Part shown: positions 1-13,362 of the stretch, one piece after another | Layout: the number at the start of each line of letters is the position of its first letter | Numbering within the stretch: the stretch's first letter is position 1 | DNA from: Ophelia neglecta | Taxonomy: Eukaryota | Reading direction: 5' to 3' | NCBI GenBank assembly: GCA_965285935.1 | Contig: OZ260664.1 | Span: 25,730,001 to 25,794,000 of the forward strand | DNA: 64,000 nucleotides | The notes under the pieces: generated by a model | Told to the model about the DNA's origin: nothing | The model's input: only the letters and a program-made list of their open reading frames with translations | Databases searched by the model: none | Made by a program: the position numbers and the translations under genes

Positions 1-1877
1 GAGGAAAAAGAGATATTATGTTTAATGGACTATGCTAACTTCTTTTCAAGGGTTATAGCTATTCCAATACTCCTGAAAGATAAAGTACTCGCTCGCGGTC
101 ATCTCTTTGGAATCGAAGCTACACCCCCCCCCCCTCCCCCCCTCTGTAAATTTGGCACTGCGGTTATCACAATATATGTGAAAGGGATCATCTTGAATCA
201 TGCTGTATAGATGTAGCGCTTTTTCACAAAATCATCTGTTTCTCCCATTCCTCAGCCAAGTCGCTCCCTCAAACTTTCCTGCTCCCACCCGCGTGCATCA
301 GCCCCGTGTATCAGCCGGTAATGTGAGTGATGATGTGCAGATATCATCGACAACAAACCTACACAACCCGTGTCTTCCCATGTGGGCCAATCATTTGACG
401 TGCCCTGAGGTTTTTAATGCGTCCTAATAGAATGAATAGACTACTTGAGAGAAACACACTGCCATGTCTGTGGATATCCCGCCTGATCACTTGACAAACT
501 AATGGTTTTTAAACAGGACTTGCAGCAAGAAACGCTGTTGATTCTCCAATCAGGCATACTAGGATGAAACCGAGTAAGTTCTATAATGTAAGTGGAGTTT
601 TCCCTACTTTTATACCAATCAGACGCCAATAAGCTTCAAATTTACTATATTATATCAATATTAGGGAATTGTAAAATTACGTGGCATGAATCCAAAGATA
701 CTCGACTGCCATCTACAAAAAAGCCTATTTCACTGCTAGGCTAAAGAACGATTGTGTTGGATATAAAATTGGACAAGCTGTGTCGGATGTCTGCAAAACT
801 CGGTGGAGGATATCATTCAAAATAGCTATGGGGAAGATCAAGTTTGTATCAATCGGATAAATACAAGCTTCTGAACGTCAGATGGCAGTACGTATTGCTT
901 CTTAAACATACGACTTTTCTATCACACCACATAGGCCTATTGACATTTCGTCCAATTTGCCATTTAGAACGTCAATGGGATTATCTTTGCAGCTCCGATG
1001 GGGCACATTAAAATAGCGCTTAAACAATGAATCAGACAATCATGTTAGCGTATGCCTGACAGAGGAAAAGAAATAACACTAAAAGAATGAGGGTATAATT
1101 CCTCAATGAGATTTATTTTAATATGTCCTACTGAACGTTCAAGTGCTAACTAAATCATTGTTCGTGTACTTATCTTATTGTTTATTTTAACGGATTTGAT
1201 TTACTGCGTAGATTCCATATTTTTTTGTAAGGTTGGCCTACTCAGCACAATAGTATTCTTCATGACCAAACTAATTAAACATTGCATATGCCGCGCTGAA
1301 ATCAGATCTTACTGATGTAGCTAGCAGGAATTTATCAATTAGTCAACTTTAAAGAAATTGGTAAGCACTGCTCAACCTGTTGGTTTGAAACAACTCCCTT
1401 TCTTCCCTCATGGACACAAACCATCACAAAAATTGTCGAGCCTATAGGTCCAGCTCCTATTTAGCGTTTGTTGCTCAATACATAGGTATAGAATCAATGG
1501 TTTTAGCATTTGGCTGTCTATTCTGATTACGAAAAATAATAGTACCAGGGTCGTAAAAGTTGCCACGCATTGTTAATTTAAGTTGACTCGTATTCAAACA
1601 TGAAACATCTATGTTTTACAAAATGATATTTGATAACCGTTCTCGACCAAATTATAGGTACGTTGGCTTGGTAACGTAGCAAAAATTGACCTCACGTCAT
1701 ATCACAACAGTATGACGATTGTCGTATCTCGGATTTTATATAATGTGATTTGTACCTGGAGTAGCGGCCCTTGTTGGCCCTGACAAGGAAGCCTATCATG
1801 GCTTGGGGTACAATCGGCCTACACGCGTAATTCAGATATGTTACAGCATTTGGCACCAAGTCTACTGTCTTGAAAGG

Positions 1878-2032
1878 GCGTCAGGCTTTCCGCGAGGGAG
1901 TTAATAGTCACGGAAAACCCTGACTCTTTCGCCAAAAACCTGACTACTTCCCGAAAAATCTGACTCAATTCTAATGACTACCTGTCTCCTTTCGCGGAAA
2001 ACCTGATTCCTTTTACCGAAAAACTGACTCTT
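1878..2032. repeat. Cluster of about 20-bp repeats (cggaaaacctgactc), with one inverted copy; probable TIR-element remnant
   Basis: About five direct copies at 1910-2030 and inverted gtcaggctttccg at about 1880. Confidence 0.55.
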
Positions 2033-5000
2033 GATTCGCCGATATGCAAGTTGTCACTGTCTCTGTTGCCCCACAGTGATAGCGAAAAGTTTTGAGGTAG
2101 ATCCCAAATCCCGGTGAAGCTTTTTCATCCCAAGTTAGAATAAAATGATGCCTTGGCTATGATTAGTGTATTTGCACCGGGTCTTTTGTTGTAACAGTTA
2201 CACTGGCTCTAACATAAACATATATACATATATATATATAAAAGTGTTCCTGGGTTGAGGAAAAGCCAAAGAGGATAATTTATGATAGTTCATTTCGCTG
2301 CGCCTTACTCAGTTCGCAGAAGAGAAGCTCAGCTGGTTTGGTTGGTATTGTCCGATCTTGGGTCGTGTAGGCATACAGTTCCATCAGATACACCACAAAG
2401 GTCAGTTGTCAGGGCAATCGGTGCGACATGGAAGATCGTGGAAAGCTCGCAGCCACTGCCAGCGAAGCGATATTCCCTGACCCAATTTTCTATCCCAATA
2501 TAAAGCATCAATTAGGCAAGTAAAACAATAATATTGATAACAGAAAAACAGTTGTCATTGCTGCCAACCGTTTTCATGATTTTTTTATTACCATTATTTC
2601 TCCTAGCTTATATAGGTCAGACTCTATATTTAATTGCTTAGAATTCGGCCCCTCTTTCACTTCCGGATCTTTTAACATTCATATTGAAATTGTGTGCCCA
2701 ACATCCGACATGCCAGATTCAATATTAAACATGGCAAATTGTGCCAAATTAATCAGACCTAACTACCGATTGAATCATGCCACGGCATATTAACATGAAA
2801 CCAAATGATAGCAAAAAGAGCGAACCCCCTTTAATTATTGATAATATCAATGACAGTTTGGCTGATCTCTATCAAGGAGGTCATTGCTTCACCTGTTAAT
2901 ATATCATTATTCAATGCGTAAAGATTTCAGTTCTTTCAACGCAAGTAATGAACATATCATTTTTGGGTAACTTATATGACTGATAACAACGAACGATTAC
3001 ATAATATTTACTTTCGGTTCAACACGCCTTAGCATGTTTTTTTTGATGAATTCGGCAGGTGTACCACAACATTATCTAACAGGCACGTGGCATGTTGCCT
3101 GCGGAAGGGCGAATAACATGCAATGTTGACTTGCCTCTATCTATTGACATCATAGACTGAAGCTCGCAGATCAACAGACTGTTTACACGATGTATAATGG
3201 CAAGATACATCCACCGATGAAGCTACCGCATCCCTGAAGCTTTGCTCTGCATTGAAAGTTGTTGAAGCAGCAATTGGCACATTACGTAGTGTTAATTTGG
3301 TACTACATTTTTGTATGGGAATTTACATCAACGCGTTACAGATCGAAGATTAGGAATAACAAATTCCGAATGCGTCGAAACCACAACAAATTCTAACAAC
3401 ATAGAATATCTGTTTTCCCCAGCTGTCGAAAGTAAAAATCACCGCATTAGGCCAGACAATGCAATAATTGATGACGGAATGACTGATCAATGTAAAAAAA
3501 GCCGAATTATCATGGAGACATTTGATCTTCTTCTTCACTTAATAAAATTATCGAATCGTGCCAAATTTGAGTTTGGCTTAATATTGATTGTCGAAGTTTT
3601 CACATTACCGAGCTGCCATCTTCGATGATTCAGAAATTAACACATTTCGAAAAGCAAAACGATTGAAATTTAATTCAATTGGCTCAGCCATTATAAAACA
3701 CATACCGTGCAGCAACCGACCTGGGAGTGGGTTCATATATAACAAGATGTTGTTTACAGTTCCCTTTTCATGTTTAGTTAAACGCTTATTAAAATGTCTC
3801 CAAAAATATATGTACTTTTAAGTCCGATGTCCCTTTAACTTAAAGTATATAATGGAGCGGCTCCTTATAAGGAATTATTGCTTATTTCTTTCCATTTTAC
3901 ATTTAATACACTGACATGAGCAATACAACATGAAGCGTTGGGACATAAACTAGGCCTCGCGGGAGAATTTCAAGTCATAAATACTTGACTTTTGACATGA
4001 AATACGAATGCTGGCCAGTTAGGTGTCGACCTCCCGTTCATAGCTGAGGGCAGTCTTCAGTCCGCACACTGTGTTCACACCAGATGATGTGAGAGAGCCA
4101 TGCGGAGAGAATCGCCTCTGCTGCCAAGGGAATCTCGACCCTGGACACAAATTCCATGACGAGGTGTTGAGCGAATAAAAAGACCGTTATCTCGCCTTGG
4201 CATCAAGAACTGCGTTTAGTATAATAAAACTTCAGATATTCTTGTCAGCGAAAGATTGCTTGATTAAATACACAATCATGTTAAAGAAAAACCATCATTT
4301 TAAAATTCGAACACAACCTTTCGGAGGACAGATGGGATGGCATGGAATGACAAACGAGACTGTCCCACGTTCCTACCACATATCCCTACTCCCCTTCCGG
4401 CCTTTCGAAAGAATATGGCTATAGGTTAACACGGCAACGCCTTGGCCCACATAAACTATTTGAACAGAAAAACTTGTTTGACCCGCGAAATATAGTTGTC
4501 GTTTTTCATTTTTATTGGGCGAGGCCTAATCGTCACAAATGACACAATGTCAGTTGTGCACTCACTTAATGATAAATGCTCTGATCTATTAACAACATTC
4601 TGTCTAAGCTTAATACAGGTAGCAAGTTAGCACGGGTAATGGTGAAGCGTGTGTGCTTTAAATTGCTTTAACTGATAACAATTTATTGGTAATCATCTCA
4701 TATCTGCCTGTAATTTTTTTAGTTAAATGAGTCAAATTCACTGCACGTATTTCGAGCAGGGAAAAAAACCCAGCGATGTTGCCGAATTCGGCATTGGCCA
4801 TATTTTCCATTTGGAATCAGAAATAAGTCGGAAAAAATGGATTTTTTCTTACCAATGAACTTATTTATGACACTTGAAGGCAAAATTATTTAAACTCAAT
4901 TGTAAATCGACTTTTCTAGCACTTTTTCGATTCGGCTTTTTATAAATTTAGTTTGTTGACAGTGTGCTTCAAGTACGTTTTTGGTTTTTGATTGATAATT

Positions 5001-5299
5001 CTTCAGCAGATTTAATGCTTATATAATGCTTATGCAGTTGATCTGTTTTCATCTATGTCTATGACCTCGACTTATTTTATACAGACAAACGCTTTTTCAT
5101 GCTTAGGTCGGTGATGTAAATAAAGGTAGAATATGTTCATTAATGAAAGGTATTAGCCCTTTATTAACTGGATACAGTCATACAGATATCTAGTAACACT
5201 GGAACAAGTTAACTGTTCTTGAGGTCAGTTTTCCTCAGTTGAACTATACACCCACGCTGGGGACTTCGTACTAGTATAATGTTATCTCTGTTTGCTAGG

Positions 5300-6460
5300 T
5301 TTCTTGACATCTGTGTAAAGTCTTTCAAATCTTTGACTGTCCATTCTGACTAAAAACACTGGCCGAATTAAGTTCCACCGTGCGACAATCATCAGTTATG
5401 TGTCCTCTTTTGTGCAGTCAACAAAGAGTGTTAATATAAGTTCTGCCGAGGGCTGCTTCAGTTATCTCCCGGTCATCGTGTTGATACCTCATAAGATACT
5501 AACACAATATCAGTTCACGACATGGTGCAGCTGTACACAAGGCGCGCTCGAAAATTGTCTGCCACAGAGCTGCACTTTGACTACGAACCCCACCAAGCGA
5601 GTGATTTCCCGACCCTGGTTGGAGAGGGAAGACGTGGTGGAGCAGAAATTTTCTGCAAGATATTGAGACTCTGGCGCATGAACCTGCCATGGTGCAAGGC
5701 TCCAGGGACATACATCTCGAAGTACTGAAACACCAGTCCTAGCACCCTGTCATACGGGTGCTTAATATGCAACTCTGCGATATGACGTCTACACGCGAAC
5801 CACAATAAGGAGCGTCCCAGCTGTTCCTCAATATGCGCTCAGCGGCGCTCTTATGGATCTCTATATTTGCAGATGTCTACACGCGAACCACAATAAGAAG
5901 CGTCCCAGCTGTTCCTCAATGCGCTCAGCGGCGCTCTTATGTATCTCTATATTTGCAGATGTAGTATCAAACACAGTAGCTATAATGTCATCCTTTGCCT
6001 CCCACAATTCAGCACAGTGCGATGGAGTAGTTGTAGGGACCTGCCTAGTCCAATGCTCAACCACTGCTGCATCGATGAATTGAGGCTTTACTCCCGACAG
6101 TGGCATTCTGGCCACCGCAGCATAGCTGTCTTGGTAGTCGAGGCCTTGTTCTTCAAGGAATTGGGTAATCTTGCATCCTAGCGAAGAACTTTCTTGTTGG
6201 ACTTCAACTTGCTTGTAATATTAAATTCTTCTGCAAATACAGCTTGCAGAGCGTTTCGGTGACGCTCTGTTGTTAGTAGGCTAGCCACTTTCCGTTGCAT
6301 GTTACCACCAGCAGCATCAATGGTGCTTGACATAATTCCTAGTTGATCTGAACTTGTCCAGTGTATAAGACTAGAGGTGTAATGAGTTATTGAACAATGG
6401 TCATCATTTCTAAACACCGTGGTTGTCCCAGTCCGCTTTTTGTAAGGCAACGAATGAACA
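5300..6460 (-). mobile_element. Decayed hAT-superfamily (hATm-like) DDE transposase remnant
   Basis: Minus-strand fragments in the expected order: VLR*DARL (cf. VHWDGK), VFDTTSAN, EEQLGRFLLWFACRRHIAELH (CxxH), PGALHHGRFM, D.EITEAAL. Many stops and frameshifts; TIRs not found; family assignment from recalled motifs. Confidence 0.7.
5787..5962. repeat. About 88-bp tandem duplication inside the transposase remnant
   Basis: gtctacacgcgaaccacaataag...ctatatttgcagat starts at 5787 and 5875. Confidence 0.9.
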
Positions 6461-8002
6461 AAAGCATATTGATGAATTGCGAAGTTACAAAAACCGTTTT
6501 TATTGTATTATCAACTATTTTGCAGTGTAAAAACTTTTTACAATTTTCCTTCAAAGAGTAGACCTTGTGTACGTATTAAAAGCAGCCTTGAAAAACAGTA
6601 GATTTTCGCTAAAATATCTAGCATATGGAACTATGACAAACCTTGCCGAACCTCTTTATTAACGAGAAAACGTTTCAATTGTTTTATTACACCCCCAATC
6701 AGTCTTCTTTGTTCAAGAGTAACCTTTCTTATTGCAAAAAAAAATTTTGCAGATAAAAGATAAGCTATTTTAGGTGAAATTATAAATTTCGGCGTAGGTT
6801 GGCGACCGTTTAAATTCGATTAAGAAATATGAAAAAAAAAGTGTGTCAGAGCTTCAAATAATGTGTTACTTTGAGCCATCCTGTTGGAGGGGGCGGGTGC
6901 TGTTTTTACGCTGCAAATCAAATGGAAATATTTGATTAATTAAGGGGAGATCAAAGTGTTTATTTTCTGATACAAATTGGCATAAAATTAATATCACCTT
7001 GGGAGTGGTTGCTTTAATTTGCGTGGTTTTAATCTAACAGATCGACATATCGACACTTTCTATATCTTATTTGCCTTTTTGCCACAATTTTTACATATTT
7101 AATCAAGATAGTTTGTCAGTTCAGTTAGATATGACAGCTGGTGATGTGACTATGAGGCAAAACTATGTACGAGTGCTTATAGCAGTTTTGACCCAAAACA
7201 TGTTTTGGTTTAATTGCTGGTTCGCAATTCTCTGCTTTAATTCAACGAACCCTAGAGGCTTAATTCATGTGTGGATGCATTCACAAAGAACATATATATG
7301 AATATATGTCAAATATATGAAATGAAAAAAAGGTCTAGTAACTTTTGGAGAGGCTGTGGATTGTGTTTACACAGACACTAATGACCGCTCACTTCCTGTT
7401 TTGTTGTACATAATGGGTCGGTAAAAGGGAAGAAGGCATGTGACTATCAGCACAAGAATTGCTACTAATTTGATATGAAGAGCATGCGCAAATATACTTC
7501 CGTTATGAATTGCAACTCAACTGCTCATTCATTAAGGAATCCGGAATGATGAAAAGCCTATTGTTGTACCGAAGCGGCCATGCACTGCATAAATGAATTT
7601 TGGACAAATATATTTGAATTGAATTGAATTGAATTGAAATATTTTATTCAGTATTACAGCAACATTACAGCAACATTACAGGAGTACAGATAGGAAAAAA
7701 AGGGCCGTAATACTTGGACGCCAGTAATAGCCGGAGCCGTTGGCACTGGCCGCCCTAAAAAATATATATACACAATCGGTTACATAGATAACTACATTTG
7801 AAGATGTTACAATCTTCCTGATAAAGTAACAGAAACTCTAGAATAGACTAGGAGAAGCGGTATCTCCCCGATCAGATACATGAGGATTCTATGTACAGCA
7901 AGGCGAAACAGGGTTTTAATTGCATTGAATTAACGGCAACAGGACATAGTCGAGAAATATACAAGTATTAAATACAATAAACTGTTCTATGTAGTTAAAA
8001 CG

Positions 8003-8170
8003 AGATATTACTTACACTTCTGACACACATAACAGTTTTTAATCGTACATACATCACTTTAACATCCAATAAAATTTTTCTAGACAAGATATTACTTACA
8101 CTTCTGACACACATAACAGTTTTTAATCGAACAAACATCACTGTAGCTTTCAATAAGATTTTTCTTGACA
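8003..8170. repeat. 84-bp tandem duplication of the LINE ORF2 C-terminus
   Basis: agatattacttacacttctgacacacataacagtttttaatcg starts at both 8003 and 8087. Confidence 0.9.
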
Positions 8171-9987
8171 CTGCGTGGGTTTCTTACATCAATTCTAGGA
8201 TTTTCAATTTTAACATTCACCAACATGCGATTTATTTTAAAAGATATACACTGTTTCATAAAATTTGTTCTCCTATTGGATACGTCAATGCGAGTTCTAT
8301 TTCTAGTGTTATATTGATGGCCAGATACCCTGGGTGCCAAACATTTAGCTATATATACTGGACAATCTCCGACCAGTGCCTTATTATACAATCTAATACT
8401 TTGCTTAACAACCATGTCATTGAGCTTGAGAATTCCAAATTTTTTAAAGAGGGGCTCAGTGTGAGCAATATAAGAAGTCCTGTCAATTATTCGCATAGAT
8501 CGCTTTTGTAGCGAGAACAATCTGTTGGAGTTTCGGCCAGTCGAGTCATTGAACCATACTAGCAAACCGTACATGAGATGTGGTTGAATTAGTGCGTAGT
8601 AAATAGTTCTCAGGATATATGTTGGTAATTGATGTTTAAGTTTGTTAAGAATGCCATTTATTTGAGCTATCTTTTTACATTTTGTGTCAGTGTTGCACTT
8701 CCAAGTGAGATGCTGATCGAACCAGATGCCTAAAAATTTATAGTCAGAGACACACTCTATCTGCTTATTGTTCAATACCACCGAAAGTGTACTACAGTAA
8801 GGGGGGAGAGGTTTATTTGCACTACGGAAAATCATATACTTTGTTTTAGAGACATTAAGAGACAACTTGTTTGCATTCATCCAACAATTGACTTTGTCAA
8901 ATTCAATATTCATATTGAAAAATAAATCTAGTATATCAACATTTTTAAATAGCAGGCTGGTATCATCAGCGAAAAGAATGTCTTTGGAAATTTCAGAGGC
9001 TTCACACAGGTCATTCATGTAAATCAGGAACAACAACGGCCCGAGTATCGAGCCCTGATGTACACCACAAATTAATTGAGTCAGCTCTGAGGAATGTTTA
9101 TTATAGTGAACGAATTGTTTGCGATCTGACAAATAGTTTGCAATTAATTTTTTGCAGCTTCCCCTAATGCCGTAATACTCTAATTTGTCTAATAAAATGT
9201 TGTGGTCCAGAGTATCAAAAGCTTTTGACAGGTCAATGAATATCGCTGAAACAAATGATTTGCTGTCAATACCACTGGCGATATAATCAAGCAATTCAAT
9301 AGCCGCCTGTTCAGTGGAGTGTTTGGCTCTGAAACCATACTGAGAAGGATAAAGTAGGTCATATTTTTCGAGAAACTTATAAATCCTATTATAGATCAGC
9401 CTTTCAAACACTTTAGACAAAGCAGGTAAGAGCGAGATGGGCCTGTAATTGGTAAATCTCGAGTCATCCCCACTTTTAAATATTGGCAGTACCTTGGCAA
9501 TTTTAGCTTTATTCGGAAAAATGCCACTCTTCAGCATAGAATTAAAGATGCTGGTCAATACTTGTGCAATAGGTTTAACAGACTGTTTTAGTAATTTTGG
9601 GGTAATGAAATCGAAACCGCAGCTAGTTTTTGGCTTAATTCTATCAACAACTTTTATTATTTCAGTGGGGTTTGTATCAGACATGTAAATACTGTTCACA
9701 GTAGGCTGTTTTAGATAAGAATTAAAGGTACGCGATGACTGTATCTGAGCGGCAATAGAGGATCCGACAGTAGAAAAATAAGTATTGAAGCCATTAGCAA
9801 TTTGAATAGGATTACACAATTTCCTATCATTTTGATCCAAAAAAATGCTCTGCATATTATGGCTAACATGTCCTTTGTTCAGGACTAATCTTATGTTGGC
9901 CCAAGTAAGTTTAATGTCATGTTTTGCGTCTTGAAATCGCTGATTCCAGTGTGCCGCTTTGGCAGCTGTTATCACCTGTTTCAACAA
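8092..9987 (-). CDS. LINE ORF2 reverse transcriptase, partial
   Basis: NYRPISLL, QYGFR, DLSKAFD, GVHQGSILGPLLF (canonical GVPQGS), FADD, KFLG, and C-terminal CSIKNCYVC. The frame stays open upstream to about 10100. Confidence 0.9.
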   Translation of the reverse strand: MLKQVITAAKAAHWNQRFQDAKHDIKLTWANIRLVLNKGHVSHNMQSIFLDQNDRKLCNPIQIANGFNTYFSTVGSSIAAQIQSSRTFNSYLKQPTVNSIYMSDTNPTEIIKVVDRIKPKTSCGFDFITPKLLKQSVKPIAQVLTSIFNSMLKSGIFPNKAKIAKVLPIFKSGDDSRFTNYRPISLLPALSKVFERLIYNRIYKFLEKYDLLYPSQYGFRAKHSTEQAAIELLDYIASGIDSKSFVSAIFIDLSKAFDTLDHNILLDKLEYYGIRGSCKKLIANYLSDRKQFVHYNKHSSELTQLICGVHQGSILGPLLFLIYMNDLCEASEISKDILFADDTSLLFKNVDILDLFFNMNIEFDKVNCWMNANKLSLNVSKTKYMIFRSANKPLPPYCSTLSVVLNNKQIECVSDYKFLGIWFDQHLTWKCNTDTKCKKIAQINGILNKLKHQLPTYILRTIYYALIQPHLMYGLLVWFNDSTGRNSNRLFSLQKRSMRIIDRTSYIAHTEPLFKKFGILKLNDMVVKQSIRLYNKALVGDCPVYIAKCLAPRVSGHQYNTRNRTRIDVSNRRTNFMKQCISFKINRMLVNVKIENPRIDVRNPRSVKKNLIESYSDVCSIKNCYVCQKCK

Positions 9988-10269
9988 AGTTCTGTATTGT
10001 TGATACCTAGTTTCAATTTGCTCATAATTAGGGAGATGTCTGCTCTTTGCACGCTGTCTACCTATTAGATCTCTGGTTTGGATAGATATTAATATATCAA
10101 CAGATCTATCTGCCTAAAAGTTCAGTATGCGAATTGACAGCATCAGTTATAAACAGCACGACCCGTTGTGCTATTTTTGTGTATCAGTTTTTTTTCGAAC
10201 TTCTTTTGAAAACCTTTTAGTACTATTTCTCAAATGAATTCACGCTCTTTTGGCATAGAAGGCGCATCA

Positions 10270-10605
10270 GCTTCATGCAGCTAAAATCATCTGTCTGCTT
10301 CCTTTTGCCAGCCAAAACCATCTATCTATAAATCCTTCTGTTATAGCCAATACCATCTGCCTGCATTCTTCTGCTAGCAAAAACTATATCTATACCTGCA
10401 TTCTTCTGCTAGCAAAAACTGTATCTACCTACATCCTCTGCTAGCAAAAACCATTTGCCTGCATCTTTCTGCTAGCCTATGCCATCTGCCTGCTTTCTGC
10501 TGCCAGCTTAAACCGTATGCCCGCATCTCTCTGCTAGCCAATAGCATCTGCCTGCTTTCTTCTGCCAGCCAGAACCATCTATATCTATCTGCACGCTTCT
10601 ACCAG
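10270..10605. repeat. Degenerate minisatellite, unit about 30-34 bp
   Basis: About ten copies of ccatctgcctgcattcttctgctagc(c/a)aaaaa-like units. Confidence 0.8.
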
Positions 10606-13321
10606 TCAACATTCTTGTGTTCCCAGAATTCTAATTGCTGTCTAATTTTCTTAATTTGTATAGGTTTTATTCGAAATTGCAATATAACAATTATCCTGCA
10701 GTTTGTGAACATTCAATGGATGTATTTGTGAAACTCCAATTGGTCATTAAGGGTGATTTTAAGCAATTTTGTTGATCATTTGACAATGTAAATTATGCAC
10801 ATAATATTATATAGTTGGTTTTGATGAAACCGGCGAAACAAATGAATAAGAGAAAATCACGTAATCCTTTCCCGTGTAACTTTGACATTAATTTTGATGT
10901 GACCTTGGAACTGAGCCAATTCATGCGCCGCCTGTTTATACCACGAAATGACCAAATACTACAAGTATGTTTAAAATATTACGCGTGGAGTGTCGTTAAA
11001 ATTGAGTTTTCATTTGCCACCACCCACCCCTTGCCCTCCCCTTATTGACCGCTCCCTGATGCGTGGTAATAGCTCCTTATCCCGAGGTAATATCCTCCTT
11101 GATTTCATACTCTGAATAACGCAAGTCATGCCAACTTCTGGCGGCGTAAATGCCCCAACTGTTCATCGTTTGGAAATCAGCAGCTGTGGTGGACGATAAA
11201 GTCTAATCAAACAAGCAATTCACTCCTTCCCCTTCTGTCGTAAAGGCCTATCTCAGGCTACAACATCACATTTTCTTCATCTAACTGTCGCCATACTAAG
11301 TCAAGCAGTAACTCGGCTTAAGTCGTCTGGACTTGCCCAACCAAGAAATAAACGACACACCAAATATTGAAGAATGGCTTCACTTACTTTAAAAATAAGA
11401 AAGGTGGGTTATGTTAAAACTTTTGCTCCTAGATGGACCCTGTATCGCTGACATGCCATGCCATGACTTGTAATATCTTACACCGCAGTTAATGTTTATT
11501 CGCAAACTCAATGACGCAGGTGGATGCTGAAAAGCTTGGTTTAGGCTAATGCATAAATAGGCAAAAATGAATAGCGCCGTGTCATGGGAGTCAGCATCGT
11601 ATGTACATGTATATGTCGATGAAGTTATGTATCGGAGATTTCAAGATGTATGTGTATGTTTCGTGCCCACTCATTGTCGATAAGACCGTCTTTAAATTCT
11701 TTGTGTTGTCGGATGGAAGTCTTCAGTCGACAACATGTCTGTTTATGCTCAATAGCTTAGTACCTTAAATTCCTCTTGTAATGTCGAGGAATTTCATTGA
11801 TCACCTTGCCAATCAAACCAACGCTCCCTCTTAAACAGATAAACTATCTTTGGCATGTTACAGTTGCCTAGCCTAATGACAGGTGTGGCAAATTAAGCTT
11901 GACATTTTGTTAGGATATCGATTCAAGGCAAATAAAATCTTCTTCGCGCTGATCAACTGCATTATGGATGAAGGGCGCTGTCATACCAAGTTATAGGATG
12001 ATGTCTATATGACAAACTAACATTTTAATTTTATCTTTTGTTCATGATTCATAAACTCCGTTATAAAAATAATTGCGACAGGATTGGACATAAGACACGC
12101 CTCATGCAAACAAAAATATGGAACTCTCAGGATAAAGAAGGCAATCAAACTATTGGATTGCAAAGCTATGAAACGCTGGGAAAACAGGCATGCATTGGTT
12201 GCAAATCAGTCTGAATATCATAAGCAAATATAGGTCTCAAATGATTGATAGTTGCCGTCAAATGTTTTTGAATGTGTCAGCAGAGACATCATTATGGAAA
12301 CGTTAGTGTTACGTGCACGGTATCCCTTTTTAACTAGAAAAAAAACGAAGGTCGAACCCAAATTATGTTCGCGCTGATGTAGCTACGTTGAAAAGATAGC
12401 AACCTAGTATTTCAACGGCAATCCAGTGCTTTTTTTCGAAAGGTCCTTTCCGTTATACTTTATAGGCATGCTGGCCATGGATTAATAGGAATTTTCAAAG
12501 TGTTTGTTGACGAGTTTGACACTTCCTTTTGTTAAAGTCACATAGATAGGTCTATAACCGACTTTGTGTTCAAATTATAAGTGTTCCAGCATACAGATGT
12601 CTATCTACGTATATTGACCAAAGCACCATGTAGATATTTCGGAAGAGATTGAGGAAATATTTGAACTTTTGTGGTGCCTCTTTGTAAACATGCTCTCAGA
12701 TACATCTCTGGCAACTTCCAATTACTTTGGCTCTTTGCGGACAAACAAGAGCGTCTAGAATGGATGGTAATTTGGCACACTGGCCGACTGTAAGCTCTAT
12801 GTGGGATTTGTCTTAACATCCATGAGTTTTATCATTCTTTCATCTGTTCATTGGATCCCACATTGGGGGAATAATTGTCTGTTTAGCTTGAAGAATTAGT
12901 TATGAGGCTATTTATCGTTACTTGTCCTCACCATACATCATAGGCAAGTCATTTAGGTGAACCTGGCATTCATTTTGTATCAGCCATGAATTACACGCGT
13001 CTTGGCCATATGGATAGACAGAAACAGTGTCGGATTTCGTTGGATCCAGGAAAGATTGCGCCATTATTATACTTGCAATTGCACGTGTCTCTGAGTTTTT
13101 TGCACATGGCCTCCTTGTAAACAATGGCATTTGTGACTAATATTTGTATCATTGTTATTTTTTAAGTTTTGTTTTCTATTTCAGATACATTTCAACATAA
13201 ATGAACTATGGCAATTAATTGTGCAGAAGAATTAGTGTCAATTTGCTCGAACGGTTTTGTTGAGGATATATACTAGCTATATAACAAGACGGTGTCTTCT
13301 CGGAACCCACGATCCAACAAG

Positions 13322-13362
13322 ATGAGATTTTTAACAACGACTACAATAGTGCTGACTATAAG
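13322..13362 (+). CDS. Grd: Grd coding exon 1: start of signal peptide (MRFLTTTTIVLTI-S)
   Basis: ATG at 13322 and donor AG|gtacag at 13362/13363 (phase 2) match the phase of the 19077 exon. Acceptor tttctatttcag at 13184 suggests 5'UTR 13185-13321 lies in the same exon. Short exon, so support rests on phase fit and hydrophobic N-terminus. Confidence 0.65.

Larger units (their letters stand above)
7614..10102 (-). mobile_element. 5'-truncated non-LTR retrotransposon (CR1/L2 group, Crack/Daphne-like)
   Basis: Minus-strand RT ORF; 3' UTR ending in AATAAA (tttatt at 7643) plus a (TTCAA)5 tail (7614-7638); short inverted repeat gccagt/actggc at 7720-7750. No endonuclease domain, so truncated; 5' boundary approximate. 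Confidence 0.88.

Noticed and set aside
2060-4200. SINE- or tRNA-like segments at about 2060-2240 and 4010-4200
   Set aside because: Only weak B-box-like matches; no cloverleaf and no TSD established.
10270-10605. CRISPR-like array
   Set aside because: Degenerate contiguous units without unique spacers, eukaryotic context, no cas genes.
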